Below, piece by piece: positions 13,755 through 24,457 of a DNA stretch of 64,000 bases. A model generated the notes under the pieces. It saw only the letters and a list, made by a program, of their open reading frames with translations. It was not told where the DNA came from and did no database searches. A program made the translations under genes and the position numbers. How positions within the stretch are numbered: position 1 is the stretch's first letter; every line of letters starts with the position of its first letter. Source of the DNA: Thainema sp. (GTDB lineage Bacteria; Cyanobacteriota; Cyanobacteriia; Phormidesmidales; Phormidesmidaceae); contig JBQLZK010000032.1 of the NCBI GenBank assembly GCA_052168235.1, positions 13,145 through 77,144 of the forward strand, written 5' to 3'.

Positions 13755-14633
13755 ATGGCTGGTCGGCTAGAAGGTAAAGTTGCCATCATCACGGGTGCCG
13801 CAACGGGGATTGGCGAGGCGATCGCACATAAATTTGCGATGGAAGGAGCAAAAGTTGTCATCAATGGATTGCCGGATGATCCCGTCGATGATGTTGTCAC
13901 CGCAATGCAAAAACATGGTGCAGATGCGATCGCACATAAGGGCGATATTTCCCAAGTGGCAGAAGCGCAAGCTTGTGTACACATGGCAGTTCAGCAGTTT
14001 GGGAAACTGGATATTCTGGTTAACAATGCGGGTGTATTCTTGGTAGCCGCAGAAACGCAGGACTATCCAGTTGAGCTGTTCGACCGGACGCTGCAAATGA
14101 ATCTGCGATCGGCCTTTTTGATGACTAAGTGTGCCCTGCCCCATCTGCAAAAGACGCGTGGCTGCATTGTTTCAGCAGGTTCGGAAGCCGGTTTTAATGG
14201 ATTAGCGCAAAACACGACCTATGGCGGCACCAAAGGCTGGATGCATTCATTTATGAAGGGTGTAGCCGTGGAGCAGGCCAAATACGGCGTTCGTGCTAAC
14301 TGCGTCTGTCCTGGAGCGATTGATACTGCTTGGACGCATAAGGAAACCGGGCCGATGGATCAGCAAATGGAGAAAATGCTGATTCAAGCTACGCCAATGG
14401 GACGGCGCGGTACACCCGAGGAAATGGCCAACGTCTATGCTTTCCTGGCGTCGGATGAAGCCAGCTATGTAACGGGTTCGCTCTGGCTCGCGGACGGCGG
14501 CGTTACCGTTGCCAAAGGTTCTGTGGGTAGCCAGGTACCTGATGAGCTGAAGCAGGAACCACAGGGTTCACTGTCCGATTTGAAACATAGTCGCGATGGT
14601 TTAGAAGGAAAGCAGGTGAAGACACTGAAATAG
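13755..14633 (+). CDS. Short-chain dehydrogenase/reductase
   Basis: TGAATGIG, NNAG and YGGTK motifs. Confidence 0.93.
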   Translation: MAGRLEGKVAIITGAATGIGEAIAHKFAMEGAKVVINGLPDDPVDDVVTAMQKHGADAIAHKGDISQVAEAQACVHMAVQQFGKLDILVNNAGVFLVAAETQDYPVELFDRTLQMNLRSAFLMTKCALPHLQKTRGCIVSAGSEAGFNGLAQNTTYGGTKGWMHSFMKGVAVEQAKYGVRANCVCPGAIDTAWTHKETGPMDQQMEKMLIQATPMGRRGTPEEMANVYAFLASDEASYVTGSLWLADGGVTVAKGSVGSQVPDELKQEPQGSLSDLKHSRDGLEGKQVKTLK

Positions 14634-14826
14634 TCGATGCCTAAGAGACTATTTTGCCGCCGCGATGCGGCGGCAAAATAATCCTCCTGGGTTTTGGCAA
14701 GATGTGAGTAAGTACGGTTATGTGGAGCGCTCTGCGTCCACATAACCGTTTTTGTACTGAATGGGGTCAAACCGCTATAAATCAATTTGTGAGTTTTATT
14801 ACTGTTTTATTACATAGAGGGCAATA

Positions 14827-14842
14827 TGTATTGATCAATACA
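14827..14842. promoter_or_regulatory. Candidate NtcA box upstream of the FGE-CobW-nitrile hydratase genes
   Basis: Perfect 16-bp palindrome TGTATTGATCAATACA (TGTA-N8-TACA). Confidence 0.55.
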
Positions 14843-15116
14843 ATCGTTGTCAGAGTCTTCCTATTTACTACCGAAACAAGGTGAAGGCCAAATATCACTA
14901 GATAAACCAGTTTTGCTGTGGCTGAAGCTGGCAGATTGTTTTGTTCCTCTTTCTCTAAAAAACGTTTGGCTAACACCCGTTGAGCTAATACGAAATCCGC
15001 TCACAAAAACCAGTTTTTATTTTTTGTGAAAGTTAGACACAGCCCGACTTTCGCAGAACATAGTTCAGGTTCTTGCTAGTCGGATTCGGTACAAGAGTGC
15101 GTGAGGTGATGCATCA

Positions 15117-16076
15117 ATGAAGCGGCGAAGGTTCTTTCAGTATGCGGGTTTAGGTAGTATTGGCTTTCTGCTAGCAAGCCGCGATCGCGCTTTCGGCTCA
15201 TCTCTGACTCAAGCCGAGTATCAGCCCGATTTGAGTTTAAGAACCTTTCGGTTTGATGTGGCCACAGTTGATAAAGCGGGACGGATTAAGCAGCGTTCGA
15301 CCCATACGGCTCAATTCTTCTCAGCTCCTATTGGTCAGACTGAATCTTCTGAATTTATCGATATGGTAGCGATTGCTCCCGGTCAGTTCTGGATGGGCGC
15401 ATCTAAAACTGAAGCTGATGCTAAAGGCCATGAATTTCCTCGGCATCGGGTCAATTTATCACCCTTTTTGATCAGTAAGTATCCGATTACCCAAGCCCAA
15501 TGGACAGCCGTAGCAGCACTGCCCAAAGTCCAGCGTGAGCTTGATCCTGTGCCTTCCTACTTCCAAGGTGATCACTATCCCGTTGAAAGCGTGTCTTGGC
15601 TAGATGCGATGGAATTTTGCGATCGCATCAGTCAGTATACGGGTCGTCGCTATCAGTTGCCCAGTGAAGCCCAGTGGGAATATGCCTGTCGGTCTGGGAC
15701 GCGAACGCCGTTTAACACCGGGGAAACGATTACTAGCGAACTCGCTAATTATGTCGGAGCCTATACCTACCGAGCGGAACAGAAGGCCAGCTATCCGCAA
15801 TCGACCTTACCCGTGGGACAATACTCGCCGAATGCCTTTGGTCTTTACGATATGCACGGCAACGTTTGGGAATGGTGTGCTGACACCTGGCACGCCAACT
15901 ATCGAGGCGCACCGAGAGATGGAACAGCCTGGGTAAGCGCTAAACCCTCCCAACTGCGGACGATTCGGGGTGGTGGCTGGCTCGATGCCCCTGCAACAAT
16001 TCGATCTGCCAGTCGTTCTGGTTATCTAGAAACGGCGCTGAATCGAACGATTGGGTTCCGAGTGGTTACAGTTTAG
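15117..16076 (+). CDS. FGE-sulfatase (SUMF1/EgtB/PvdO) domain protein with twin-arginine-like N-terminus
   Basis: LPSEAQWEYACR, NAFGLYDMHGNVWEWC, RGGGW, GFRV; N-terminus MKRRRFFQ. Confidence 0.9.
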   Translation: MKRRRFFQYAGLGSIGFLLASRDRAFGSSLTQAEYQPDLSLRTFRFDVATVDKAGRIKQRSTHTAQFFSAPIGQTESSEFIDMVAIAPGQFWMGASKTEADAKGHEFPRHRVNLSPFLISKYPITQAQWTAVAALPKVQRELDPVPSYFQGDHYPVESVSWLDAMEFCDRISQYTGRRYQLPSEAQWEYACRSGTRTPFNTGETITSELANYVGAYTYRAEQKASYPQSTLPVGQYSPNAFGLYDMHGNVWEWCADTWHANYRGAPRDGTAWVSAKPSQLRTIRGGGWLDAPATIRSASRSGYLETALNRTIGFRVVTV

Positions 16077-16209
16077 GATTTCTCTCATCCTCACCCTCAT
16101 CCACAATAGAGCAAACAAAATATTTTCATCTAGCTCTCCTCTCCCGTGGGAGAGGGGTCGGAGGTGAGGGCTTCCCACAACAGTTACGTAAGCAGAGAGC
16201 AGGAAACGA

Positions 16210-17193
16210 ATGACATTAGTGCAGAAAGTTCCCGTTACGGTCTTGACCGGCTATTTAGGAGCAGGGAAAACCACCTTGCTCAATCGCATTTTGACCGAAG
16301 AGCACAATCAGCGAATTGCCGTGATTGTCAACGAGTTTGGCGAAGTCGGCATCGACCATCAGCTAGTGGTCAATGCCGATGAAGAAATTTTTGAGATGAA
16401 TAACGGCTGCATTTGCTGCACCGTGCGCGGCGACCTGATCCGCATCATTGGCGAGCTGATGTCGCGCCGCGATCGCTTTGATCATCTGGTGATTGAAACA
16501 ACGGGACTGGCCGATCCGGCTCCCGTCATCCAGTCCTTCTTTGTCGATGAAATCATGCTGCGGCAGACCCAGCTCGATGCCGTGGTCACTGTGATTGACG
16601 CCAAGCATATCTGGGAGCACTGGGACAGCAGCGAAGCCCAGGAGCAGATTGCCTTTGCCGATGTCATCTTGCTCAACAAAACCGATCTCGTTTCTGCTGA
16701 GCAGCTACATGCACTAGAGACGAAGGTGCGGGGCATCAATGCGATCGCAAAAATCCACTCTACCCAAAACTGCGAAATCGATCTCAACGCTTTATTGGGC
16801 GTACAAGCGTTTGACCTGAAGAATGCGCTGAGCATCGATCCGGAGTTTCTGGAGGAAGACGCCCATGAGCATGATGAGACGGTATTCTCGGTGGCGATTA
16901 CTGAAATGGGCACGGTTGATGGCGACAAGCTCAATCGCTGGCTCTATCAGCTGATACAGGAGCGGGGGCCAGACATTTTCCGCATGAAGGGCATTTTGGA
17001 CATGGACAACGCCGATCGCCGCTTCGTCTTTCAAGGCGTTCACATGACCCTTGATGGCCGCCCCGGCAAGCCCTGGCGACCAGGAGAGACGCGCCGCAAT
17101 GAGCTGATCTTCATTGGCCGCAATCTCGACGAAGCCGCACTCCGGGCTGGCTTCCAAAGCTGCCTAGCCAAAGCCTATGCCCATTCTTCTTAA
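16210..17193 (+). CDS. COG0523/CobW (G3E) GTPase metallochaperone
   Basis: [30 protein letters not shown]; CobW_C with short EDAHEHD. Confidence 0.95.
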   Translation: MTLVQKVPVTVLTGYLGAGKTTLLNRILTEEHNQRIAVIVNEFGEVGIDHQLVVNADEEIFEMNNGCICCTVRGDLIRIIGELMSRRDRFDHLVIETTGLADPAPVIQSFFVDEIMLRQTQLDAVVTVIDAKHIWEHWDSSEAQEQIAFADVILLNKTDLVSAEQLHALETKVRGINAIAKIHSTQNCEIDLNALLGVQAFDLKNALSIDPEFLEEDAHEHDETVFSVAITEMGTVDGDKLNRWLYQLIQERGPDIFRMKGILDMDNADRRFVFQGVHMTLDGRPGKPWRPGETRRNELIFIGRNLDEAALRAGFQSCLAKAYAHSS

Positions 17194-17241
17194 TTGACAT
17201 CCTAATGAACAACCACTTTCTGAAGTCCTTCTTCCTCTGGA

Positions 17242-17406
17242 CTGCTGTTTATACATAAGTTTCCTAGACTTCGTTTCAACATTGAGATCCCCCCTAGCCC
17301 CCCTTAAAAAGGGGGGGATTGGCTCAAAGTTCCCCCTTTTTAAGGGGGATTTAGGGGGATCAGTCCGGGATTTAAAGGGATTATTCAGGATGTGTATGAG
17401 CAGTAA
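17242..17406. mobile_element. Family B MITE between the CobW gene and nthB
   Basis: Near-identical to 4539-4703, with slightly degenerate TIRs. Confidence 0.8.
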
Positions 17407-17473
17407 GGAGTTTAGGGTGAGGGCAAACGTTCTGTTTACCGCAGTTAGTACCATTTGAACTAGAGACAGACCT

Positions 17474-18220
17474 ATGAAACTACAGCATAATCTGGGTGGA
17501 TTAGAAGGGCTTGATCCGATCAATCCCGAACCACAGGTTTTCGTTGAACCCTGGGAAAAGCGCATTTTCGGCATCCACACGGCGATGATGGCGCTCAGTA
17601 ACCATCTGGGCGAATCCTTACCGGGCTATACGATTGAGGCTGTACCCACCAACTTCAAAAGCTTTTGGACATGGGGCCATCTGCGGATGGGTGCTGAGGG
17701 CATGCATCCCTTTGAATATTTCCGGTTGCGCTACTACGAAAAGTGGCTCGGCGGTATCTCCGGCTTTTTTGTGGAAGAGGGCTATATCACGCAGGAAGAG
17801 CTAGATACCCGCACCGCTGAATTTCTGGAAGATAGCGAGAAGGCGGCTGCACCTTTACCCAGTGGTGGCGATCCGGCCATTGATGCTCAGGTGCTGAAAT
17901 ACCTGCGGGAAGGAGATTCCCCGATGCGGGATTTACCTGCACCACCTTTGTTTAGCGTTGGCGATCAAGTGCGGGTGAAAAACGTAGCTCCAGGGGCGCA
18001 TAGTCGATTGCCCGGTCATTTGCGAGGACGTGTAGCCACGGTCGTTCTGGTTTATGACAACGCTTTCACCTACTTCTTTCCCACAGAAGACGGCATCGGC
18101 GTACCCATGCCCGTTTACAGCCTGGCGTTTAAGCCGGAAGATATTTGGGACGCGTCACTGATTGATGCTAACTCAGTGTATTACAACGACATTTTTGAAG
18201 TGTATTTAGAAGCGGTGTAG
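17474..18220 (+). CDS. nthB: Nitrile hydratase beta subunit
   Basis: HNLGG, FVEPWEKRIFG, YYEKWL, FSVGDQVRV, HSRLPGHLRG, EVYLE. Confidence 0.88.
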   Translation: MKLQHNLGGLEGLDPINPEPQVFVEPWEKRIFGIHTAMMALSNHLGESLPGYTIEAVPTNFKSFWTWGHLRMGAEGMHPFEYFRLRYYEKWLGGISGFFVEEGYITQEELDTRTAEFLEDSEKAAAPLPSGGDPAIDAQVLKYLREGDSPMRDLPAPPLFSVGDQVRVKNVAPGAHSRLPGHLRGRVATVVLVYDNAFTYFFPTEDGIGVPMPVYSLAFKPEDIWDASLIDANSVYYNDIFEVYLEAV

Positions 18221-18229
18221 GGAGAGAGT

Positions 18230-18853
18230 ATGCCTAGCAACTATCCAGGATTTAAGTACAGTGCCGATCGGGAGACGTTTAGCGCCGCCAAGGTCAAAGC
18301 CCTAGAGTCTCTTTTAATCGAAAAGGGCATCATCACGGGCGATACGGTAGACAACATTCTCGGCTACTTTGAAACCGAGATGGGGCCGTTCAATGGGGCC
18401 AAACTGGTGGCTCGGGCCTGGGTTGATCCAGAGTTCAAAGCGCGACTGCTAGCTGACTGTAACGCGGCCTGTGCCGAAATGGATTTTCCTGAAGGCATGT
18501 CGGGTGCAGAAGGTGAGCACATGCGGATCGTGGAAAATACACCCGAGGTACATAACGTGATTGTCTGTACCCTTTGCTCCTGCTATCCCTGGCCGACGCT
18601 GGGTTTGCCGCCCTATTGGTTCAAAGATCCCACCTTTCGGGCACGGGTGGTTCGCGAACCGCGAGTAGTGCTATCGGAGTTTGGCGTCGATTTAGATGAA
18701 TCGGTTGAGGTACGAGTTTGGGACAGTAGCGCTCAGATTCGCTGGTGGGTGCTGCCGATGCGTCCCGCTGGCACAGAAGGCATGGGCGAAGCGGAATTGG
18801 CGGCCTTACTAACCCCAGAAGCAATGATGGGCGTCGCCACTGTCAAGGCTTAG
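18230..18853 (+). CDS. nthA: Nitrile hydratase alpha subunit, cobalt-type motif
   Basis: VCTLCSCYPWPTLGLPP metal site; VARAWVDPEFK; VRVWDSS. Confidence 0.95.
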   Translation: MPSNYPGFKYSADRETFSAAKVKALESLLIEKGIITGDTVDNILGYFETEMGPFNGAKLVARAWVDPEFKARLLADCNAACAEMDFPEGMSGAEGEHMRIVENTPEVHNVIVCTLCSCYPWPTLGLPPYWFKDPTFRARVVREPRVVLSEFGVDLDESVEVRVWDSSAQIRWWVLPMRPAGTEGMGEAELAALLTPEAMMGVATVKA

Positions 18854-19131
18854 TTCTGTGGGGGCCAATGGTGTGCGCGTTTAGCATGGCCGTATGATCC
18901 CCCGCTGTCGCCGCCCCCTTAAAAAAGGGGCTATGCCAACTCTGGCTCAAAGTTTCCCTTTTTTAGGTAAAGCCATGCCCGAAGGGCTATAGGGGGATTC
19001 AAGGGGAATCAAATTTGTAGGTTGGGTTGAGCTTGCGAAACCCAACAGATACACATCATAGCGGTGATTGAAGAAAGTGGATAGTCCCCAGCCAAGAGCT
19101 GAAATTCTGATTATGGGCAGGTTTGAAGCGC

Positions 19132-19494
19132 ATGTTTACTAAGTTTGAACACTTTGCCGCCACTAGTTTAATGGGGTCGCCGGAAGAGGCTCCGCCGCGC
19201 AAAGATGGCCATTTACACTTTGACCGCGATTGGGAAAAGATGGCCTTTGGAGTTGCGATCGCGCTTTCCAAGCAGGGCTACTTTGAATGGGAGGATTTTC
19301 GCCAAACGTTAATCAGCACCATTCATGAATGGGAATCAACTCATAAGCTGGACGATCCGGAGTGGGATTACTATCAGTGCTGGCTGGCGGCCCTTGAAAA
19401 GCTGGTGGTTGAATCCGGCGTGCTCAAAGCCGGAGAACTGGAAGCTCAACTGGCTCAGTTACTGGACTGTAAAGGTAACACCCTGCAAGCATGA
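19132..19494 (+). CDS. Nitrile hydratase accessory/activator protein (P14K/NhlE-like)
   Basis: PPRKDGHLHFDRDWEKMAFG, FEWEDFRQ, YYQCWLAALEKL. Confidence 0.88.
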   Translation: MFTKFEHFAATSLMGSPEEAPPRKDGHLHFDRDWEKMAFGVAIALSKQGYFEWEDFRQTLISTIHEWESTHKLDDPEWDYYQCWLAALEKLVVESGVLKAGELEAQLAQLLDCKGNTLQA

Positions 19495-19495
19495 G

Positions 19496-22400
19496 CTACA
19501 ATAAGCTCCGCAGATCTGGAGCAAGATTGGCAACCATTGGGGAACTGGTAGGACGATTATTCAGAGTCAATCGTAAGACAAATGTAGTTTGCCCATCGCC
19601 ACTTTCGACGTGAATAGCGCCGCCCAGCCGTTCGGTCAGCTTCTTGACCAGAGCCAATCCCAACCCGGTACCGCCATGTCTCCAGGGATCGTTATTGGGG
19701 ATTCGGTAAAATTTATCAAAAATGCGATCGCGCTCTACTGGTGCAATTTCAGTGCCTGAATTACTAACGCGCAGCTCCAGCCCATCGGTCATCGCTTGGG
19801 CCGATATTGTGATAATGCCTCCGGCTGGTGTGTATTTGCAGGCATTGTTCAGCAATTCGCTGAGGATGCGCTCTAGGTAAGGCAAATCAGTCGTGATTGC
19901 TGGCAGGTCAGCCGGAATTTGAAACACGAGGTGCTGCTGCTGACGCTGTATCCGTTCACTAAATACCTCAGCCAGATGGGGAATATAGAACTGGAGATCA
20001 ATAGTCGTCAAGCTCAAAGCTTCCACTCCGGCATCCAATCGAGCCAAGTCAAGCAGATCGTTAATCAGATTAATTTCTCGTTCCTCTTCTTCGTGCAGTA
20101 CTTTAACATAGCGATTAATCGAGGAGGATTCACTCGGCAGCACCCCCAGATGGTTTAAGCTAATCTCCAGCATTTGCGTCGCCATCTTGATATTGGACAT
20201 GGGCGTGCGTAGCTCATGGGATACCGTACTCAAGAAGTCATCTTTTAGCTGATTCAACCGCTCTAGTTCCTTAACCTGAGCCTGCGCTGCCTGGTAGAGA
20301 CGGGACTGGCGTAGTGCGATCGCACATTGGCTGGCAACCTGCTGCACCAGCCGAATTTCTGGTTCAGTAAACACCTCCTGAGACGGTCGGAACAGCCACA
20401 GATCGCCCAAGGTTTCCTGATCGTCACAGATTGGTACGGCCAGCATCGTTAAATGCTGCTGGTTTTGCCGCAGAAAATTCGGCACAGCATCACAGAACTG
20501 ACAGACTTGCCCGCTGAGTAGCCCGTCGTATACGGCGGCATAGGGAGCATTGGTAATCTCAAATGTTTGGCCTTGGGCGGGAGCAAGCGTTGTGATCGAT
20601 TCGTGGGCAATGGTTGATGTGGTGTGGTCAACATTGTACATACCAGCATCGCAACCCGCTAACGCTAGCTTATGCACCAATTCCTCCACAGCCGCTTGCA
20701 GGATCAGTCGCTCATTTAAGCTGTCGCGCACCCGTTCGGTAATGCGCCTAAGTAACGCTTCAAAGTCCAGAGCCTGCTGTAGCTCATTGGTTCGCTGCTG
20801 TACCTGTATTTCCAACCCAGTGTTGAGCGACTGCACCTGTTGATACAGTTCAGACTGCTGAATTGCGATCGCAATTTGAGTGGCCAACTGCTGCTGCAGG
20901 TCAATTTCCCAGTCCTGCCAGTTACGCGGCGCACGACAGTGCTGAGTCACTAACAGTCCCCAAAGATGGTTATTTTGCAGGATGGGGACGACTAGCTTGG
21001 CTTTCACCTGCATGCGTTCCAGCAACTCTAAATGACACGGATCCAGATCAGCGGTTTGCACATTCGACGTAGCTTTAATAAAGCCCTGCCCATAGGACTG
21101 TCCTGCCATTTTGACAAAATAGGTGTCGGTAATTTGCATGCCCAAAACGGATGACCAACCCGCTGCCACCGATTCGGCAATCACAACGCCGCTCCAGTCG
21201 GGATTAAAGCGATAGATCAGCACCCGATCCGTTTGTAAGCAGTTGCGGATCTCGGTCACAGTGGTATTGAGAATTTGATCTAAATCCAGCGTTTGGCGGA
21301 TGTGCTGGGCGATGTCAGACAGCAACCGTTCACGCTCAATTTGCTGACAGAGAGCGGTTTGCGTTTCTTTCAACAGGGTAATGTCCACCGCCACCCCAGA
21401 ATACTGGCAGGGTGTACCATCAGGAGCACGCTTGAAAATGCGATCGCGACTTAATAGCCAGCGGTAACTGCCGTCTTTATGCCGCAATCGATATTCAACT
21501 TCGATATATTCTTCATCGTTTAAGTGCAGCAACTGCTGACGATTGGCCAGGACTTCGGTTCGATCATCCGGATGGAGCAAATTGGGCAGAAATGCTTGAC
21601 CCATCCCCTGAATTTCGGCGACAGAATAGCCCAATACGGTTTCGATTTGAGGATTACAGTAGATATTGCGCTGTTCAACTAAATCGTAAACATACAGGAT
21701 AGCCAGCGTAGACTCAGCAATTTGCTCTGTAAACTGCTGTTGCTCACGCAGAGCTAGCTCAAAGGAGCGGTTTTCCAACTCAGCCAGCTTGAGGGCAGTT
21801 AGGTCGTGCAGGTTGATCACGACGCCCGAAATGTGGCCATCTAGCTCAATATAGGGAACCAGAGAACAGCGAACAAACCGCCGCTGACCATCGTCATAGT
21901 CTCGCCAGTCTTCAAATCCTTGAGTCATGTCACCGGCCAATGCGCGATCGCACATTGAGCGACAAAACGGTTCAAACCGATTGTATCCAATCAGTTCCGT
22001 CAGCGAGTGACCAATGATGTCAGCCTGGGAGCGTTGATACCAGTTCAAGTAGGCTTGATTCACCACCTGATAGGTATAGTTCCGATCCACTAATGCGATC
22101 GCATCCGGAGTCGCCGACACAATGCGCTCATACCGACGCAGCAACGCTTCCGATCGCTGTCTTTCCAATTCAGAAGCGGCTCGCACCGAAAAAATTGTCA
22201 AAACTTCTTCGATAAACTGCACATCTGTAATCGGCTGATCGTGATGGACACAGATCAAGCCCAGTACAGATCCGGCTGAATCAACTAAGGAAATACCCAC
22301 GTAGCCTTCGATGCCATGTTCGTCTAGATAGTGATCGTCTGGAAAACACTGCTGCACCTTGTCACAGAACAGGCAAAATCCCTGCTGCACAACTTGCTCA

Positions 22401-23587
22401 CAGGGCGAGCCCGGTAGGTCATACTCTAAACCATCCACTCTTTGCCCATGACTGATGCCAGCAATTACTCGAACGCGATCGCAATCAGGCTCAATCACTT
22501 CACTGACAAACGCATGATCCATCTTGAGCAAGCGCACCAAGCACTCAACCAGCGAGTAGAAAAATGCGTCTCCGGTTGTGGCTGCAACTCCTGCAGCCAG
22601 ATTCTGAATAAATTCTTCTCGCCGCTTGCGGTCTGTAATGTTTTTTGCGGCACCATTAATCGCCATTACCGTCTTGCCGCTGGGATCACGCTCAGGCCGC
22701 GCAAACAGGTTCATCCAGAGCACATCACCGTTCTTAGCGACAAACCGCGCCTCCATTTCGTCGCTTTGTCCAGTCTGTACAACGGTTTGAAAAAACTGCA
22801 CCACCTGTGACAAATCATCAGGATGGATAAACCGCTGCCAACTGTCATAGCTCGTATCATCCATCTGTGGGTCATAGCCCAGCAGCCGATAATTATCTTC
22901 CGACCAAATTGTCTGATTAGTGGACATGTCCCAGTACCACATGCCTGCCTTTGCAGCCTTCAACGCCTCTGATAAGCGATGTTCGGTTTCTTGCAGCTCA
23001 GTCTCTGTTCGCTGCCAGTTGGCCTGCTGAATTGCTAATCCTAGATGTCCAGCCATCTGCTGCAAATACTGAATGTCCAGCGGTTGCCATGTCCGGCTGG
23101 CGCGGCAGTGATGCACCATTAGCAGTCCCCACGGCTGACCTTGGCTCAAAATGGGCAGTACTAAATAGGCGCTGACTTGCAACGCCTCAACCCACTGGAC
23201 TGCACCAATTGCACCATCTGAGACGGGATGATTTGCGATCGCAGCCATCAGTGGCGTGGCTGTACCGTTAGATGTGACTTGGGCTTGAAAAAACGGCTCA
23301 ATCCAGGTGACATCGGCACAGATGTCGGTTAGGTGTCGGCCCAGGAGGGACGAATCGCCGATCCCCACCGACTCAAACACAACTCCAGCATCCTGCTCCG
23401 GAAAACAGCGATATAGGAATACTCGATCGGTTTGCAGCAGGTTTTTCGCATCTGCGATCGCAGTTTGCACAATATCTTCTAGATCCCGACACTGCTGCAT
23501 CTGGAGGGTCATCGTTGCAATCTGCTCTAAAATCACCTCCACGGAAAGCGACGGGAATTCCACATCGTTATACACAACCGACTCCAA
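19496..23587 (-). CDS. Multi-sensor histidine kinase (GAF/PAS array including a cyanobacteriochrome GAF)
   Basis: GAF with TDTYF...DPCH...LWGLL; several PAS domains (HPDD); FLSTVSHELRTP, NNACKYT, GGTGLGL. Confidence 0.93.
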   Translation of the reverse strand: MESVVYNDVEFPSLSVEVILEQIATMTLQMQQCRDLEDIVQTAIADAKNLLQTDRVFLYRCFPEQDAGVVFESVGIGDSSLLGRHLTDICADVTWIEPFFQAQVTSNGTATPLMAAIANHPVSDGAIGAVQWVEALQVSAYLVLPILSQGQPWGLLMVHHCRASRTWQPLDIQYLQQMAGHLGLAIQQANWQRTETELQETEHRLSEALKAAKAGMWYWDMSTNQTIWSEDNYRLLGYDPQMDDTSYDSWQRFIHPDDLSQVVQFFQTVVQTGQSDEMEARFVAKNGDVLWMNLFARPERDPSGKTVMAINGAAKNITDRKRREEFIQNLAAGVAATTGDAFFYSLVECLVRLLKMDHAFVSEVIEPDCDRVRVIAGISHGQRVDGLEYDLPGSPCEQVVQQGFCLFCDKVQQCFPDDHYLDEHGIEGYVGISLVDSAGSVLGLICVHHDQPITDVQFIEEVLTIFSVRAASELERQRSEALLRRYERIVSATPDAIALVDRNYTYQVVNQAYLNWYQRSQADIIGHSLTELIGYNRFEPFCRSMCDRALAGDMTQGFEDWRDYDDGQRRFVRCSLVPYIELDGHISGVVINLHDLTALKLAELENRSFELALREQQQFTEQIAESTLAILYVYDLVEQRNIYCNPQIETVLGYSVAEIQGMGQAFLPNLLHPDDRTEVLANRQQLLHLNDEEYIEVEYRLRHKDGSYRWLLSRDRIFKRAPDGTPCQYSGVAVDITLLKETQTALCQQIERERLLSDIAQHIRQTLDLDQILNTTVTEIRNCLQTDRVLIYRFNPDWSGVVIAESVAAGWSSVLGMQITDTYFVKMAGQSYGQGFIKATSNVQTADLDPCHLELLERMQVKAKLVVPILQNNHLWGLLVTQHCRAPRNWQDWEIDLQQQLATQIAIAIQQSELYQQVQSLNTGLEIQVQQRTNELQQALDFEALLRRITERVRDSLNERLILQAAVEELVHKLALAGCDAGMYNVDHTTSTIAHESITTLAPAQGQTFEITNAPYAAVYDGLLSGQVCQFCDAVPNFLRQNQQHLTMLAVPICDDQETLGDLWLFRPSQEVFTEPEIRLVQQVASQCAIALRQSRLYQAAQAQVKELERLNQLKDDFLSTVSHELRTPMSNIKMATQMLEISLNHLGVLPSESSSINRYVKVLHEEEEREINLINDLLDLARLDAGVEALSLTTIDLQFYIPHLAEVFSERIQRQQQHLVFQIPADLPAITTDLPYLERILSELLNNACKYTPAGGIITISAQAMTDGLELRVSNSGTEIAPVERDRIFDKFYRIPNNDPWRHGGTGLGLALVKKLTERLGGAIHVESGDGQTTFVLRLTLNNRPTSSPMVANLAPDLRSLL

Positions 23588-23932
23588 GCGCTCTAGCCAA
23601 ATTTTATCGGGAACAGTCTGTTGCCCTTAGTATTTGGCAAAATATCAACCGAACCAACAAAACACCATAAAAAAACACAATTTTATCCGTCAAATGATAT
23701 ATCGCCTGTCCCTACGGGTTTGTCAGCGGTTTATTAGTGGCTTATCAACAGTGTTTGGGTGGGTTTTGAAGGTTGATCTGCCGCGCAATGCGCGGCAGAT
23801 CAACCTTCAAAACTTATTTCACACCGCACCAGCGCAACCCTGCTCAAACGCCAACCTAAATCTAGCGCTGCGCGATTTGGGCTTGATATGATAGCCGTGA
23901 CTGAACAGTAGAACTAGCAAGGACTGAAGTGA

Positions 23933-24148
23933 GTGGCTCTTTCTAAATCAGAAGTCAAACAGCTATTTGAACGCTTGATTTTCGATGATGATGCTCCGCA
24001 GGAGTGGGTGCAAGACGTTTGGGGCTTGAGCCCAACACTCGGCGAAACGGCGGCCACACTCCTAGACGTTTTTGAAAGAGTCGTAGAATCTTGTCCGGAC
24101 GATCTGTTAGAAGACGTACTCAACGACTGCTATCAAGACACTGACTGA
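23933..24148 (+). CDS. Small acidic hypothetical protein
   Basis: 71-aa ORF after AAGGA; EWVQDVWGLSPTLGE motif. Confidence 0.65.
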   Translation: MALSKSEVKQLFERLIFDDDAPQEWVQDVWGLSPTLGETAATLLDVFERVVESCPDDLLEDVLNDCYQDTD

Positions 24149-24457
24149 CACTTGGCTTAAAAGTACTAGACTTCATTGGAAATAAAGTTTTTGGGGTTGG
24201 AAATTGTTTTGTAGCGCGGCTTCGCCGCGCTACAAAACAATTTCCGATAAAGTCTACTGTAGAGAGATGAAGCCGATGCTGTAGTTGTATCCAATCCGCG
24301 TATATAGCCTTTCCTGGGCTACTGAGGTATAAGTTATTTTTCGTGAACGGCTGGCTAGGTCAGCCGTTCACGAAAAATCAACTATTGGGTTTTAACCGAA
24401 TTTCGTATTAAAGCAAAAGCGGCTGGCGCAACGGTGGCGGTAAATTAGCTCTGTAGA

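Noticed and set aside
17474..18853. NHLP-type RiPP precursor locus
   Set aside because: The alpha subunit keeps the full CTLCSC metal site and has a beta partner; no YcaO or transporter genes are present.
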